DNA of 64,000 nt, taken from positions 219,048,001-219,112,000 of the forward strand of contig NC_086097.1 in the NCBI RefSeq assembly GCF_963921235.1. The letters are read 5' to 3'. Each line of letters opens with the position of its first letter. Position 1 is the first letter of the stretch. This stretch comes from Mobula hypostoma. Its lineage: Eukaryota. The notes under the pieces were generated by a model. The model ran no database searches. It saw nothing but the letters and a program-made list of their open reading frames with translations, and was not told the origin of the DNA. This document shows, in pieces, positions 13,265 through 26,884 of the stretch. Made by a program: the position numbers and the translations under genes.

Positions 13265-14175
13265 TATTCAAAGTTCAAAGTACATTTACTACCGAAGTAT
13301 GTATACTTTATACAACCTTGAGATTTGTTTTCTTACAGGCAACTCCAAAATGAAGAAACCCAATGGGACCCATTAAGAAAGATGGTCAAGCACCCAAATG
13401 TGCAGGAAAAAACAGAAAACGTTCAGACAATAAAAATAAGCAAATAGCATTCAGAACTGAAGTTCACAGAAGTGAGTCCACACTGTGAGGCTTGCAGGCC
13501 ACAGCCGCAGTTCAGTGCAGAAATGAATAAGCCTTGTGGGGCAATGAGCTGGTGCAGAGTTGAGTAAAACTCGAGGAGCAGTGATTGAACCAGCCCATCT
13601 CTCGCCTCAAGCCCGGACACCCTGCCCTTTTTCAATCTAGCCTGGCGCTTCAATTGTTCAAACCTCAGGTCATATCCTTGCTCTTGGACCTGGGCACTGC
13701 CACTTCGATACACCCTCGGGCTGGTGCCCCACCACCTGAATTCGGCCCATACCCAACTTCTCCAGTTTGGCTCGCTGCTTAAATCAATCCAACCTCGGAT
13801 CCTTCCTCCGTCTCAGGTCCTAGTCCGGATGCCACCGTCTTGACTCTGCATTGTCTCCGCTCTCCTTGCCTCTGTTCTGCGGAATTGAATTTCCTCCAAG
13901 TCCCCTCCAGCTCTCCACTCTCCAGCCAGGAGGCCACGTCTCAATTCAGCCCGTACACATCTCGTCACAACTGCTCTGCACTTCTGTGAGTTCAGTTCCT
14001 ACAAAAATGCCATACAGGCAGTTCAAAAGCCCAACTCCAACAGGCAAGTTATAGTCTATTGTTTGCAGTTATCGTTTGCAAGAAAAGGTGTGATTAATAA
14101 AGTATTTAATTGTTTTCTTTGTTTTATTTGCCACCAGTAAGTAATCGCTGACCCTCACCAGTGTCATCTTAAACT
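13265..14175 (-). mobile_element. Non-autonomous retroelement with Rex/L2-type 3' end
   Basis: TTCAAAG-repeat tail and 3' UTR shared with 24730-24900. GC-rich body. Confidence 0.45.
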
Positions 14176-14210
14176 GGTTTTTAAGAAAAATAAGTTTTTT
14201 AATAAAATCC

Positions 14211-14216
14211 TTTATT
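14211..14216 (-). promoter_or_regulatory. Candidate poly(A) signal of the minus-strand gene
   Basis: First minus-strand AATAAA I could find downstream of the predicted stop. Confidence 0.3.
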
Positions 14217-14972
14217 AGCAATTAGCAAATGTACAATCTTGAAGTGATGAAACTTAAGCATATCCAAGTGTCAGCTATACAAGATCCATCGGCCCCTAGC
14301 TGCTACGAATTGCAATGAATGAAACATGAAGATGTAACTTATTCCCTTTGCTTTTACCACACCCCCACTTATATGACTAATATGCATAATAAGCATAATA
14401 AACCTCGTAACACAGAATACAATACAAACTGCTCAAAATGGAGAATGTGCATTCAGATTAGGTTTGGAAAACTCAAATCCATGCTTCAGGAGCATGCAGA
14501 GATCTGGCATAAGAGACAGAAGGAGAAATCACCTCATGCACTACCCGCCTGTCATACCTATTCAGAGTCTCATGCACAAAACGCTGGAGGGATTCAGCAG
14601 GCCATGCAGCATCTATGGAGGGAAATATCAAATCTCCTGTCCCATCTGTGGAAAAGTCCATGGTTTTGATCTCAGAAGGCTAAAAACCTAAGTGGAAGTG
14701 AGTCATCTTTCATCATGCGAGATTATTTATGGTGAAGAAGATGATCTTGAGTAAATGAATGTAAGATGGAAAACATACAAACAATTCTTGAGTTGTTTTA
14801 CACTTCACGGACAATTGGTTGAGATGGTGTTCAATAGAGTAGGTGCCATGTCGGCTCTGGCTGAGCACTTGGTTGTTCAGCCTGTCACTCTTCGTGCACT
14901 CTGCATCATCTTTTCATGCACCGAATGGCTGCATTACAGCTTCAATGCTTTCTTCCTACTGAACAACATTAA

Positions 14973-15105
14973 TTAAGAACTATATTTTGACTCTGATATA
15001 AAGTCTTCAAGGCTCCTTTCACCAAATTCATCCAGCAACCATTTTCTGAAATTTATGGGAGATCTATAGTAATTAACTGTATTCTGAATTTCTTTCTCCT
15101 GGCTC
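14973..15105 (-). CDS. Host gene, terminal coding exon (SQEKEIQ...ESKYSS*)
   Basis: Acceptor tcccctatttttcAG. Phase-2 start matches the phase-2 end of exon 32952-32727. TAA at 14975-14973. Confidence 0.7.
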
Positions 15106-15935
15106 CTGAAAAATAGGGGAGTCACAAGCATGCTTCACTGAAAAATTAACGAAAGCTGACAACAGCTTCACAGAGCTCTAGGAAAGCTAATAATTTAGAA
15201 CTAGTTTTAAATATAGACAAGTAATGAAAGTCACTTATTTATTCTGAATAAAGAAGGCAGATTCCATCTTTATTACATTTCCCAAAATCTATGGATATTT
15301 TAGAATTTGTAACACCTCTATCTATGCTATTTTTCTGTGAAAAGTAAAACTTAATGGTGTTTCCTGTGATTTAAGAGTTTTGATGTAGTGGAGTATGGTT
15401 TTGTAATGCAAGCTGCAGAATTGTTTAACACCCCGAATTGAACAGATAGAGTGTTAAACCACTGTACTTTGCATAGATTTCCGGTTTGATTCCTCTCCAC
15501 CTAGCTCCCTCCTCATCCAGTAAATCACTCATTAATAGCTGGAAAATTGTGGACAATGTGTTCTCTTGGCAATACAGACCCATAACATTATCTCTGTGGG
15601 GATAGTTCGGAGGACTGTGTAAACTTTTCATTTCGATTGATGTTAGCAACAGATGTGGCAGTGTATGCAGCTTCTCAGACTGACTGAAAGCTTAAAAATA
15701 ATGGTTGGATGTCTAATGAATGGTTGCCTATTGTCTTAGAATTGCTGTTGGTGTCCCTGACACTTGTACTATGGCACAGCCTGGCATTTTGTCCATGTGA
15801 GGGTGAAAGAAAAGGCTGTAAGATATTAACAACCACTGAGCAGGACCTGAGCACAATAATTTCTGGCTGCTTGCCCAAGCCATGTGCAGACAGGTCGATC
15901 AGCAGAATCAAAAGTGGCTAAATGGAAAAGAGTAA

Positions 15936-16080
15936 ATCTGCAGATGCTGGAAATACGAGCAACACACACAAAATGCTGGAGGAACTCAACTGCCGAAGGG
16001 ATTCGGCCCGAAACGTTGACTATACTCTTTTCCTAGATGCTGCCTGGCCTGCTGAGTTCCTCCAGCATTTGTGTGTGTTG
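15936..16080. mobile_element. Penelope terminal-repeat-derived insert with inverted arms and degenerate hammerhead
   Basis: Arms 15960-15988 and 16053-16080 are inverted. CTGCCGA-AGGGATTCGGCCC-GAAAC-GTT-GACT lies between them. Confidence 0.7.
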
Positions 16081-17059
16081 GTTGAAATGAAACAGAGTGA
16101 TTCTTTTTTCATGGGGCACTGGGACCAAATGAACAGGAAAGAGCCGTGCTGATAGAATTGGCTTCAACTAGTCAGGAGGCAACCAGGGTCCAAGTGGGAG
16201 TTGTCAATAGGTTGAAGGCAAGGGTAGGGTAGTGAGGGTTGTATATGTGACACAAAGAGCCAAAACATAAGGTGGGGGGGAGGGGTAAGAGCACAAGAAA
16301 GTGTAAAATAAGAGCGAATATTGATGGTAGAGAGCAAATAGTTATAAACCTCTTAAAAGCTGGTTGGTTATAAAATGAAGAAAGTCAGTCTGTCTGCTCA
16401 GCTACGCACACAGTCTATAATAACACAGGGGAGCTGAAGAAGAGCCAGACATGCTGTGGAACACTGAGATGCAACTACATAGAATTATGGGACATGCACA
16501 CTGCAGGATTTAACATATTTAGAAAGAATAGACATGAACTGGCAGGTGAAGCTGCGATATTTACTAGGGATATAGAAAAAAGTGACTAGTCTATAAGGTG
16601 GACAAATATAGAGCACGTGGATAGAAATAAAATCATCAAAGATCAATTATACTAATAAGCATAGTCTACTGACTACTTAATAATGTTAGGGTGGGGCAGA
16701 GGAAGAAATATGCAGACTAATTAGGGAAAAGAGTGAAAAAAGAATAATAATCATGAGCAATTTCAATTACTGTCTGCATCAGTTGGACAGAATGAGAGAT
16801 AATCGGGGAAATGGAATGAATTTACAACATAAACAGGATTTCTTTCCAATCAAACTTGAGAATGCTAACAGCAGAGGATTAGCTGCTCTATCTAGTAATG
16901 TGGAATGAAGCAAAGGAAGGGAAATGGAGGACACTCCGAGCAGTACTGTCCATAATATAGTAAGATGAATGAAAAAGTATTATGAGAACCAGGACAATTT
17001 ATTGGAGAAAACCTGATCTTGAAGAACTGAATATAGAACTTGGACCACAACACTGACAG

Positions 17060-18520
17060 AATATAGAATATAGAACATAGAACATAGAATAGTACAGCAC
17101 AGTACAGGCCCTTCGGTCCACAATGTTGTGCCGACCCTCAAACCCTGCCTCCCATATAAGCCTCCACCTTAAATTCCTCCATATACCTGTCTAGTAGTCT
17201 CTTAAACTTCACTAGTGTATCTGCCTCCACCACTGATTCAGGCAGTGCATTCCACGCACCAACCACTCTCTGAGTAAAAAACCTTCCTCTAATATCCCCC
17301 TTGAACTTCCCACCCCTTACCTTAAAGCCATGTCCTCTTGTATTGAGCAGTGGTGCCCTGGGGAAGAGGCGCTGGCTATCCACTCTATCTATTCCTCTTA
17401 TTATCTTGTACACCTCTATCATGTCTCCTCTCATCCTCCTTCTCTCCAAAGAGTAAAGCCCTAGCTCCCTTAATCTCTGATCATAATCCATACTTTCTAA
17501 ACCAGGCAGCATCCTGGTAAATCACCTCTGTACCCTTTCCAATGCTTCCACATCCTTCCTATAGTGAGGTGACCAGAACTGGACACAATACTCCAAGTGT
17601 GGCCTAACCAGAGTTTTATAGAGCTGCATCGTATATCGTGACTCTTAAACTCTATCCCTCGACTTATGATAACACCCCATAAGCTTTCTTAACTACCCTA
17701 TCCACCTGTGAGGCAACTTTCAGGGATCTGTGGACATGTACCCCGAGATCCCTCTGCTCCTCCACACTACCAAGTATCCTGCCATTTACTTTGAACTCTG
17801 CCTTGGAGTTTGTCCTTCCAAAGTGTACCACCTCACACTTCTCCGGGTTGAACTCCATCTGCCACTTCTCAGCCCACTTCTGCATCCTATCAATGTCTCT
17901 CTGCAATCTTTGACAATCCTCTACACTATCTACAACACCACCAACCTTTGTGTCGTCTGCAAACTTGACAACCCACCCTTCTACCCCAACATCCACGTCG
18001 TTAATAAAAATCACGAAAAGTAGAGGTCCCAGAACAGATCCTTGTGGGACACCACTAGGCACAATCCTCCAATCTGAATATACTCCCTCCACCACCACCC
18101 TCTGCCTTCTGCAGGCAAGCCAATTCTGAATCCACCTGGCCAAACTTCCCTGGATCCCATGCCTTCTAACTTTCTGAATAAGCCTACCGTGTGGAACCTT
18201 GTCAAATGCCTTACTAAAATCCATATAGATCACATCCACTGCACTACCCTCATCTATATGCCTGGTCACCTCCTCAAAGAACTCTATCAGGCTTGTTGGA
18301 CACGATCTGCCCTTCACAAAGCCATGCTGACTGTCCCTGATCAGACCATGATTCTCTAAATGCCCATAGATCCTATCTCTAAGAATCTTTTCCAACAGCT
18401 TTCCCACCACAGACGTAAGGCTCACTGGTCTATAATTACCCGGATCATCCCTACTACCTTTTTTGAACAAGGGAACAACATTTGCCTCCCTCTAATCCTC
18501 CGGTACCATTCCTGTGGATG
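17060..18520 (-). mobile_element. 5'-truncated young CR1 LINE (RT to 3' end)
   Basis: ORFs 18470-17664 (NYRPVSLTS, KFADDTK) and 17512-17138. (TTCTATR)n tail. Nearly the same sequence as 29380-30820. Confidence 0.92.
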
Positions 18521-18659
18521 TAGGACAACACGGGGAAACATTTAAAATGATGTTTTATAGTTTCTAGAGAAAATAGCTTGGCTAAAATGAAAGTAAAACA
18601 ACAATAAATTCTTGTGGAATTCAGTAAATCAGAAGGCAGTAATTGAAGGCACATAGCAA

Positions 18660-20565
18660 GTCATGGTCATAGAGAAGTACAGCACAGAAACAAGCCCTTT
18701 GGCCCATCTAGTCCATTCTGAAACCACTTAAACAGCCTACTTCCATCAACCTGCACTGGCACCACAGCTACTGTCCCTGTACCTATCCAAACTTATCTTA
18801 AACTTTGAATCGGCAGCTCATTTCACACTCTCACAATCCTCCGAGTGAAGAAGTTTCCCTTCATGTTCCCCTTAAACTTTTCACCTTTCACCTTTAAGCC
18901 ATGAGGTTGTAGTCCCACCCAACCTCAGTGGAAAAAAACCTGCTTGCGTTTACCACATCTATACTTCTCATAATTTTGTATAACCCTTTCAAATCTCCTC
19001 TCAATATTCTATGTTCTAAATAGTAAAGTCCTAACCTATTCATATTTCCTTATAACTCGGGCTCTCCAGACCCGGCGCATGTTTGTAAATTTTAACTGCA
19101 CTCGCTCAACCTTGTTTTCATCTTTCCTGGACATAAATGTGCTAAATGGCACACAATACTCCAGTTTAGACCTCACCAATGTCTTATACAACGTCAATAT
19201 AACATCGTATCTTCTGTACTCAATACTTTGATTTATGAAGGCCAATGTGCCTAAAGCTTTTTTACAACCCTATCTACCTGTGATACCATTTTTAGTGAAT
19301 TATGGAACTGTAGTCTCAGATCCCTTTGTTCTACCGCACTCCTCAGTGCCCTACTGTTCACTGTGTAAGACCTAGCATGGTTGGTCCTATCAAAGTGCAA
19401 AATCTCGCACTTCTCTGTATTAAATTCCATCTGCCACTTTTCAGCTCATTTTTACAGCTGTTACAGATCCCTCAGCAAGCCATGATAGTCTTACTCGCTG
19501 TCCACTACACCCCCAATCTTGGTGTCATCTGCAAATTTTGTGCGTGGTAGGTCATGTCTAACCAATCTTATAGAGGTTTTCGAGGAAGTTACCAGGAAAG
19601 AGGATGAAGCAAGGCAGTGGATGGTGTCCACATGGACTTTAGCAAGACATTTGACAAGGTCCCGCATGCAAAGCTGGTCAAAAAGTTTTATTTGCTCAGC
19701 ATTCAGGATGAGGTATTAAATTGGATTGGATATTGATTTTGTGGGAGAAGACAGAGAGTGGTCGTAGAGGGTTGCCTCTCTGACTGGAGGCCTGTCTATC
19801 CTTAATCAGTCCATGTCTATCCAAATACTTATATATCCAGTCCCTTAGAATACCTACCAATAACTTTCCCACAACTGATGTCAGACTCATGGGCCTATAA
19901 TTTCCTGGTTTCTGTTTAGAGCCTTTTTTAAGTCACTGGAACAACATTGCCTATCCTCTAATCCTCTTGTACCTCTCCTGTTGCTTAGGATGTTTCAGTT
20001 ATCTCTGCTAGATCCCCAACAATTTCTGCACTTGCCTCCTGTAGGGTCTGAGGGACCACCTTGTCAGGCCCTGGGGATTTATCCACCCTGATTTCCCTCA
20101 GGATAGCAAACACTTCCCCCTCTGTAATTTGTACAGGGTCCATAAAATTGATACTATTTTGCCTCACTTCTATAGACTCTGTATCCATCTCCCAAGTAAA
20201 TTCAGATGCAAAGAATGTATTTGAGTTCACCTCCATCTGTTTCGGTTCCACGCATGGATTAGCATTCTGGTCTTCCAGAGGACCAATTTTGTCCCTAGCA
20301 ATCCTTTTGCTCTTAACATACCTGTAGAATCCCTTGGGATTCTCCTTCACCTTGTCTGCTAGAGCAACTTCATGCTTTCTTTTAGCTTTCCTAATTGCTT
20401 TCTTAAGTGTTCTCTTGCATTTCTTATACTCCATAAGCACCTCATTTGTTCCCACTTGCCTATACCTGCTATGCTCCAGCGTTTTTCTCTTAATTAGGGC
20501 CTCAATGTCTCTTGAAAACCAAGGTTGCCTACACCTGTTATCTTTACCTTTCATTCTGACGGCAT
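18660..20565 (-). mobile_element. CR1 LINE fragment with internal inverted segment (~19537-19795)
   Basis: Minus-strand KSPGPDK...HGLIKDRQ, then plus-strand FVRGRSCLTN...DWRPV, then minus-strand KFADDTK to the 3' tail. Confidence 0.85.
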
Positions 20566-22934
20566 GTCCCAGGGGCATATGTTGGGCACATTGTCAGCAG
20601 TAGACAGTATAATCAAAGAAAATGTAAATGATTTAGAGGGGAATTAGGGCTGCATGAAATTAAATTATCAAATAATATAAACAAGTAAAATATTTCACAG
20701 ATACATCAATTAAGAAAACAAGGAATGGAACCATTAAAGAACATACAGGACAAAATCAGAGGTATTGACATGGATGTGGCACAAATATTAAATCAATTTA
20801 TTGTTTCATTATTTGCAAGGGAAATACTGCAGATTGACATATCATTGGACAAGGACAGGAGAAAGTCATTTAATAAAATACATACTCAATTAATTAATTT
20901 CAAAGAAGGTAATTTCCTTGGTCTGGATGGATTTTTATCTCAATATTTCAAAACAATCTTGAGAAGAGATGATGGAAGCTTTGTTATTTATATTTTATAG
21001 TTTATTAGAAAATGACCTAATCCCAGACAACTGGAAGATGCCTAATGTAATAACTATAATTTCACAACTAGGGTATGAAGTATGCAAGGAATTAGAGACC
21101 ACCAGCTGAGGACTGGTAGAATGCCTACTAAAGGAAAGAATAGAATGCTCTGTTTTATTGTGTTCTGTGTTGTTCTGCAGACTATGGTGGGAATACTTTG
21201 TTGGTGCCAGAATGTGTAGCTACATTTGTGGGCTGCCCTGAACATATCCTTGCGTATGTTAATTGTTAATGCAAATTATGCATTTCAATGTACTGTATGT
21301 TTAGATTTACATATAATAAATAAATCTGGGTTTGGATTGGAAGAAAATCCAGAAACAGGAAATATTTTAAATAAGTCATTTTTTTTCTGGCCAACTGTAT
21401 TGAATCTTTTGAAGAGGTAACAGCGAGTAGATAATAGTAATGAAGTGTATGTAATCTAGGTTTCTAAAAGGCTTTTGGTAAAGATACCCCATATTAAAGA
21501 AGATTGCAGAATCCAGAGCCAATGGACAAGGTGCAGAATGTACAGCAAGCTGACTTCAAAATCAAAAATAAAGTCCGAGTCAAATTAGCTATTTGAAGTG
21601 GATGAAGCTGAGTAGTGGATCAGTATCTGAAATAGTGCTATAAATAATTTACATTATGGATTTAAACTCGAATCAAAAACAAATTTCTAAATTTCCAGAT
21701 GATACTAATGTAGGAGTCAGAGAGGAAGGAATATTGTGTGGGGGAAGGGGGAGGATTGCATACGGAAATTGACAAACAGAATTGAGGAAGGCATAGATAA
21801 AATTCCAGAATGGGTAAATAATTGGCAAATGAAGTTCACCACAAATGGATATGAAAGAGTACATTTTGGAAAGAAGTAGTTTTCTAAAAACTTGGAAGCT
21901 GTAAGTATTGATGGAGTACAGGAAGAGAAGGAACTCAAAATTCAAATACACCAGTTAATAAGAGTTGTACCACAGATTAGGCATACTTAAAAAAAAACAA
22001 ACTAAGCATTCGACTTTATTTCCAGGGAGACAGAATTTTACATATTTGGGAGGTGACCCAATGGAGGTTTTTGAAATTAAAGAAAATTTTGATAGAATGA
22101 TTACAGAAAGAATGCTTCAGTTTTTGAGGCTATCAATGATTATAACCTCAACTCTGCATTGTCATCTGGTCTACATTTTCTTCTCACTCCTTCACTTTTC
22201 AAGAGCTATCAAGCTCTGCTTCAGAAATATAAACAAACTGCTTTCACTGACCTCAGTAGAGAACTCAAAAGGGAGAAAAGAGGGGGAAGGAGTAACCTTA
22301 TCTCTGTCAGATCTCTCTTTCAGCGGTGAACCTTAATTTCAGATTCTCCTACAAGAGGATCATTCTCTCCAAATCTACCCTATCAAGACTCCTCAGGATC
22401 TTGCGTGTTTCAAACATTTATCTAAGCTCAAGTTGATACAGCCTACCCTAGCAAACCCAATCTTTCTATGTAAATCAATCCAGCCATTCCTGAGTAGTTG
22501 TCTAGTAAATCTTAACTAAACTGCTTCCAACACATTAACATACTTCAAAAATGGAGGCCTGCACACAAACACATATATTGTCTCCCCAATACCCTAAGTA
22601 ATGGAAACATAAACCCCATGCTTCTGTACTCAATATCCTAGCAATGAATTACAACATTTTTAACTTTTCTAATTACTTGCTTTTCTGTGTACTCACATTT
22701 TGATAATGCACTAAAGTCACAAGTTCCCTCTGCATCTTTGTGTCTGCAATATCAGAATGGTTGTTCTTTGATTTTCTTGAAAATGGAGAATTTTACAATT
22801 TTCTATGTTACTCTCCATGTATCACTGACCCTACCTTTATCATTTTGCAACTTCCTTATTTCCTCTTCACAACTTTGCCTTAATACCTCGAAATTCTCCA
22901 AGTATGCTGCTCCAGTGACTTCATTAGTAACTTA

Positions 22935-23950
22935 GAAATCATCGAGCCAGCCTACTGGTTTCTGGTAGAGAAGCTAAGTTCACTAAAATCAATTCTTCCT
23001 CCATCCTTGCTGTTAATCCCTCATTATGAGTGTTCAAGAATGAATTTATTATCCAATCTGGAATTTGGATCAAGACCCTGAGATCTCTCTGACATATCTC
23101 TACGCAGCTTATCCACATAAGCACAGTATATTTGAATTTCATCATCTTCTTTCTCTTTCAACTCAGAGAGGCTCGGAAATTGGAAAAGATCACAATGGCC
23201 AAAGTTGCTCTTAAATAGGTTTAATTTGGACAGATGTGTGGAGCATACTGATTTTGATAAAAATTCGATATCATTTCCTTGCAATTGAAGATTGAATTCA
23301 TTAAACTTCATGAATCCTTCTGACAAATAAGCCATGTCATATCTAATATTCTTGAGTTAGTTACTGAAAGAAGCATTTGAGTCTTCAAAATATTTTATCA
23401 TTGTTTCAAAGATTGCATAAAAGCATCTCAGGCAGTTTCCTTTTGAGAGACATCTGTCTTCTGTGTCCTGAAGAAAGTTCTCTACCCAAAACGTCAACTG
23501 TTTATTCAGTTCCATCGATGCTGTCTGGCCTGCTGAATTCCTCCATCATCCACAGACTTTCTTGTGTTTATCAGTTCTTCTCCAATTGTATGGGGCTTTC
23601 CAGATTTAGCAATGAGCAATGAAATGTTGTATGAATCACACACACAAACCATCACTGTTTTGTTATGAAGTGCTGGCAGACATGTTTGAATTGTTTTCCA
23701 TTTCTGAAAGTTTTCACGAAGTGACTGAAAATAAATTAAGTTCTTGTGTGCTTTATCAGAGTGCATTCCCTTGAAAGTTCAAGGAACCTGGATGGTTTCA
23801 TTGCCTCATTTGAAAAAACTTTTTCATACAATAGACACTTTGGTTTCTGTTGGCTGCTCAGTGCTAGGACAAATCCATATTTTAGATACTCGACACTATA
23901 CCTGTCTATACTTCTCTTTCGTCTGGTCTGCCTCTGCCATTTTCATTACA
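22935..23950 (-). mobile_element. Decayed hAT (Buster/Charlie-type) transposase fragment
   Basis: Remnants VEYLKYGF, YNISLLIAKSGKPHTIGEELI, AYLS..FMKFNEFNLQLQG. Interrupted by a Penelope-repeat fragment at ~23465-23550. Confidence 0.7.
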
Positions 23951-24729
23951 GAGTAACAAGCACTGTCAATTGGCTATTGTTTAAGTCCAAACTCAAATAC
24001 TGCAATCAATAAAGGAGAAAGTTGTGATGTCATCATAGCTCAGACAAAACCAGACTGTCTGCCTAAAGGTACATAAAGTGGGTCAGGGACAACTCACTTG
24101 GGCCATGGGCTAGAGAGATACGCATTCGTTGTTCAATTTCTGAATCTTGTCAAGACTTTCAAACATTGTGGGGACTCTTTCTGAATTATTTTCAAAACTT
24201 TCAAAACCCGCAATTCGTTGTTTAAATTTAGATGTTGGCTATTATTAATTTTTATTTTATGAGAAGGTATTTTACCTTTTTTCCTCCTTAATAAACAGAT
24301 TTTTTGTTTTGTAATGAATTAGTGTATTTCAATATAACTGACTAACCTACATGAATACGGGGTAATGAGATTGCTATTTTGAATAGATATAATGTAATTA
24401 GTAGTTGTTTTTTTCGACCTTTATATATACTTTACTGTACTCTGTATTCTTTTATGTAGAAACTAATAAAAATATTGAAAGAGAGAGATGCAGTCAAGAT
24501 GATTCAAAGGGGCAGATTCTGAACTTTACCCCATTGAACCCCATACCCTAATTCATAGGAATTGCATCACTGCGTGATTAGAGTACGGGAATCACAAAAG
24601 GTTACACTGTATTACAATAGTGAATGGCAATGGTACGCAGGCTGAGCACGGCTTTGCTTTTCAACAATTATAACGTGCTTCGAGCAAAGTCTTAACAGAA
24701 TGATAGGTTAGCAAGAGATGAGATGGTTA

Positions 24730-26100
24730 AAAAGTTCAAAGTTCAAAGTAAAATGTATTATCAGAGTGCGCACAAGTCACCGCATACAACCCTGAGGTTC
24801 TTTTTCCTGCAGGCATACCCAGCAAATCTATAGAACAGTAACTGTAAACAGGATCAATGAACAACAAACAGTGCAAATGCAAATATAAATAATTAGCAAT
24901 AAATAATGCGCATGAAATAACAAGATAAAGAGTCCTTAAAATGAGATCACTGGTTGTGGGAATAATGAAATAGAATTAGTGTAGTTACCCGCTTTTGTTC
25001 AAGAGCCTGATGGTTGAAGGGTAGGAACTGTTCTTGAACCTGGTGGTGTATGTGCTGAGGCAACTCTACCTTCTACCTGATGGTAGCAGTGAGAAAAGAG
25101 CATGGCCTGGGTGATGAGGATCTTTGATGATGAATGCTGCTTTTCTGTGGCAACGTTTCATGAAGATGTGCTCATTGGTTGGGAGGGTTTTACCCGTGAT
25201 GTACTGAGCTGAACCCACCACCTTTCCACTCAAAGGCATTTGCGTTCCCATACCAGGCCGTAATGCAACCAGTCAGCACGCTTCCCACTACACGTCTACG
25301 GAAGTTTTCCAAGAATTTTGATGACATGCCGAACCTCCACAAACTCCTGAGGAAGTAGAGGCGCCGTTGCACTTAATTTGAAATTATATATATATATGAT
25401 GGGTCCAGGACAGGACTTCTGAGATAGTTACACCCAGGAGTTTAAAGTTACTGTATTGACCCTCTCCATCTCTGATCCTCCAATGAGTACTGGCTCAGGT
25501 ACCTCTGGTTTCCCTCTCCTGAAATCTACAATCAGTTCTGTGGCCTAATTAACATCGAGTGAGAGGTTGTTGTTATGACACCACTCAGCTAGGTTTTCAA
25601 TCTCCCTCCTGTATGCTGATTCATCACCATCTTTGATATGGCCCACAATAGTGGTGTCGTCAGCAAACTTGTATATGGTGTTGGAGCTGTGCTTGGCCAC
25701 ACATTTATAGGTATAAAGCGTGGCCAAGTGGTTAAGGCGTTCGTCTAGTGATTTGAAGGCCGCTAGTTCAAGCCTTGGCTGAGGCAGCGTGTGTGTCCTT
25801 GAGCAAGGCACTTAATCACACAGTGCTCTGCGACAACACTGGTGCCAAGCTGTATGGGTCCTAATGTCCCTTGGACAACATCAGTGGCGTGGAGAGGGGA
25901 GACTTGCAGCATGGGCAGCTGCTGGTCCTTGCCCAGGCCTGCGCCCTGGAAACCTTGCAAGGCGCAAATCCATCGTCTCATGAGACTAACGGATGCCTGT
26001 ATAAAAAAAAAGCAAATAGAGCAGAGGGCTGAGCACATACCCCTGTGCAATTCTGTGCTGATGGAGATTGGAGAGGAGATGTTTTTGCCAATCTGAATTG
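24730..26100 (-). mobile_element. Rex-Babar/L2-type LINE 3' portion
   Basis: IYKFADDTTIVG, QRRLYFLRSL, IIKDPHHPGHALFSLLPSGRR. TTCAAAG-repeat tail. Confidence 0.8.
25718..26004 (+). mobile_element. tRNA-derived SINE with CORE-like domain, inserted in the LINE
   Basis: Box A TGGCCAAGTGG, box B GTTCAAGCC, CORE-like CCTTGAGCAAGGCACTTAA. GTATAAA occurs at both flanks. Confidence 0.75.
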
Positions 26101-26884
26101 ACTCGTCAGCTTGAACTGATTGGTTATGTGAACATTGTGAACAATTATGAGGCATGAGGATCAAATGTTTCTGTGAAGTATTATAAGGCTCATGCCCCCT
26201 TTATTCTTATCACCCCCTCAGATACTCCCATCACCCTCAGGAGGTGATATTGCTCACTTGGGAACCCCTGCACTAGCTGCTACTCTATCAAGCCACCCAT
26301 GCTATGTTACTGAGCTGCACATTTCTTATTATTCTAACTCTTAGATGTTTGGTTTGTTTTTACTTGTAATTCAGTTACTTGAATCATCATTATGCCTAAT
26401 TTTACACTTCAGAACTAAAAGCAAAGTTTTCCTGAGAACATTATTGTGGTTTTGTCATTGGGTATATCCTAAATGTTGCTTTAAGAATGACTGCATATGT
26501 CACTGAATCTTTTGCAACAACCATCCCTTGGACCTAGAAGGTTATAATTACTACCATGTTTTTTTTAATGAACGTTTTTCCAGAATTCAGCAGAAGACAT
26601 TTCAATCAAGATTTGAATAGATCAGCAGAAAGCCGTTGATTAGACAATTAAGATTGAATAGCTCAGACTCAGCAGAAAGCAGCTGATTGGGCAATTGAAG
26701 TCAAGTGACCAAGCATTTTGAAAAGCTCAAACAGATAAATAGAGGGATAGCTCAAACGAAGCGGCCTGTGGAAAGCGGCCAGTGAGTGAGTGGGCCAGTG
26801 AAGGAGTGGAGCTTTGTGGCTTTGACTCGAGAGGCTTCGACGAGAAGAGGTGGAGGACAAGCTAGCTCGCAGTTAGTTTTTACA

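Larger units (their letters stand above)
15790..22110 (+). mobile_element. Ancient, highly degenerate CR1 fragmented by younger insertions
   Basis: Collinear remnants: ORF1 IISGCLP and FMGHW (15.85-16.12 kb), endonuclease-like segment (16.75-16.9 kb), GLDG (20.9 kb), FEEVT (21.41 kb), KFPDDT (21.69 kb), C-terminus (22.05 kb). Confidence 0.55.

Noticed and set aside
25718..25790. tRNA gene
   Set aside because: No convincing cloverleaf. It continues into a SINE body.
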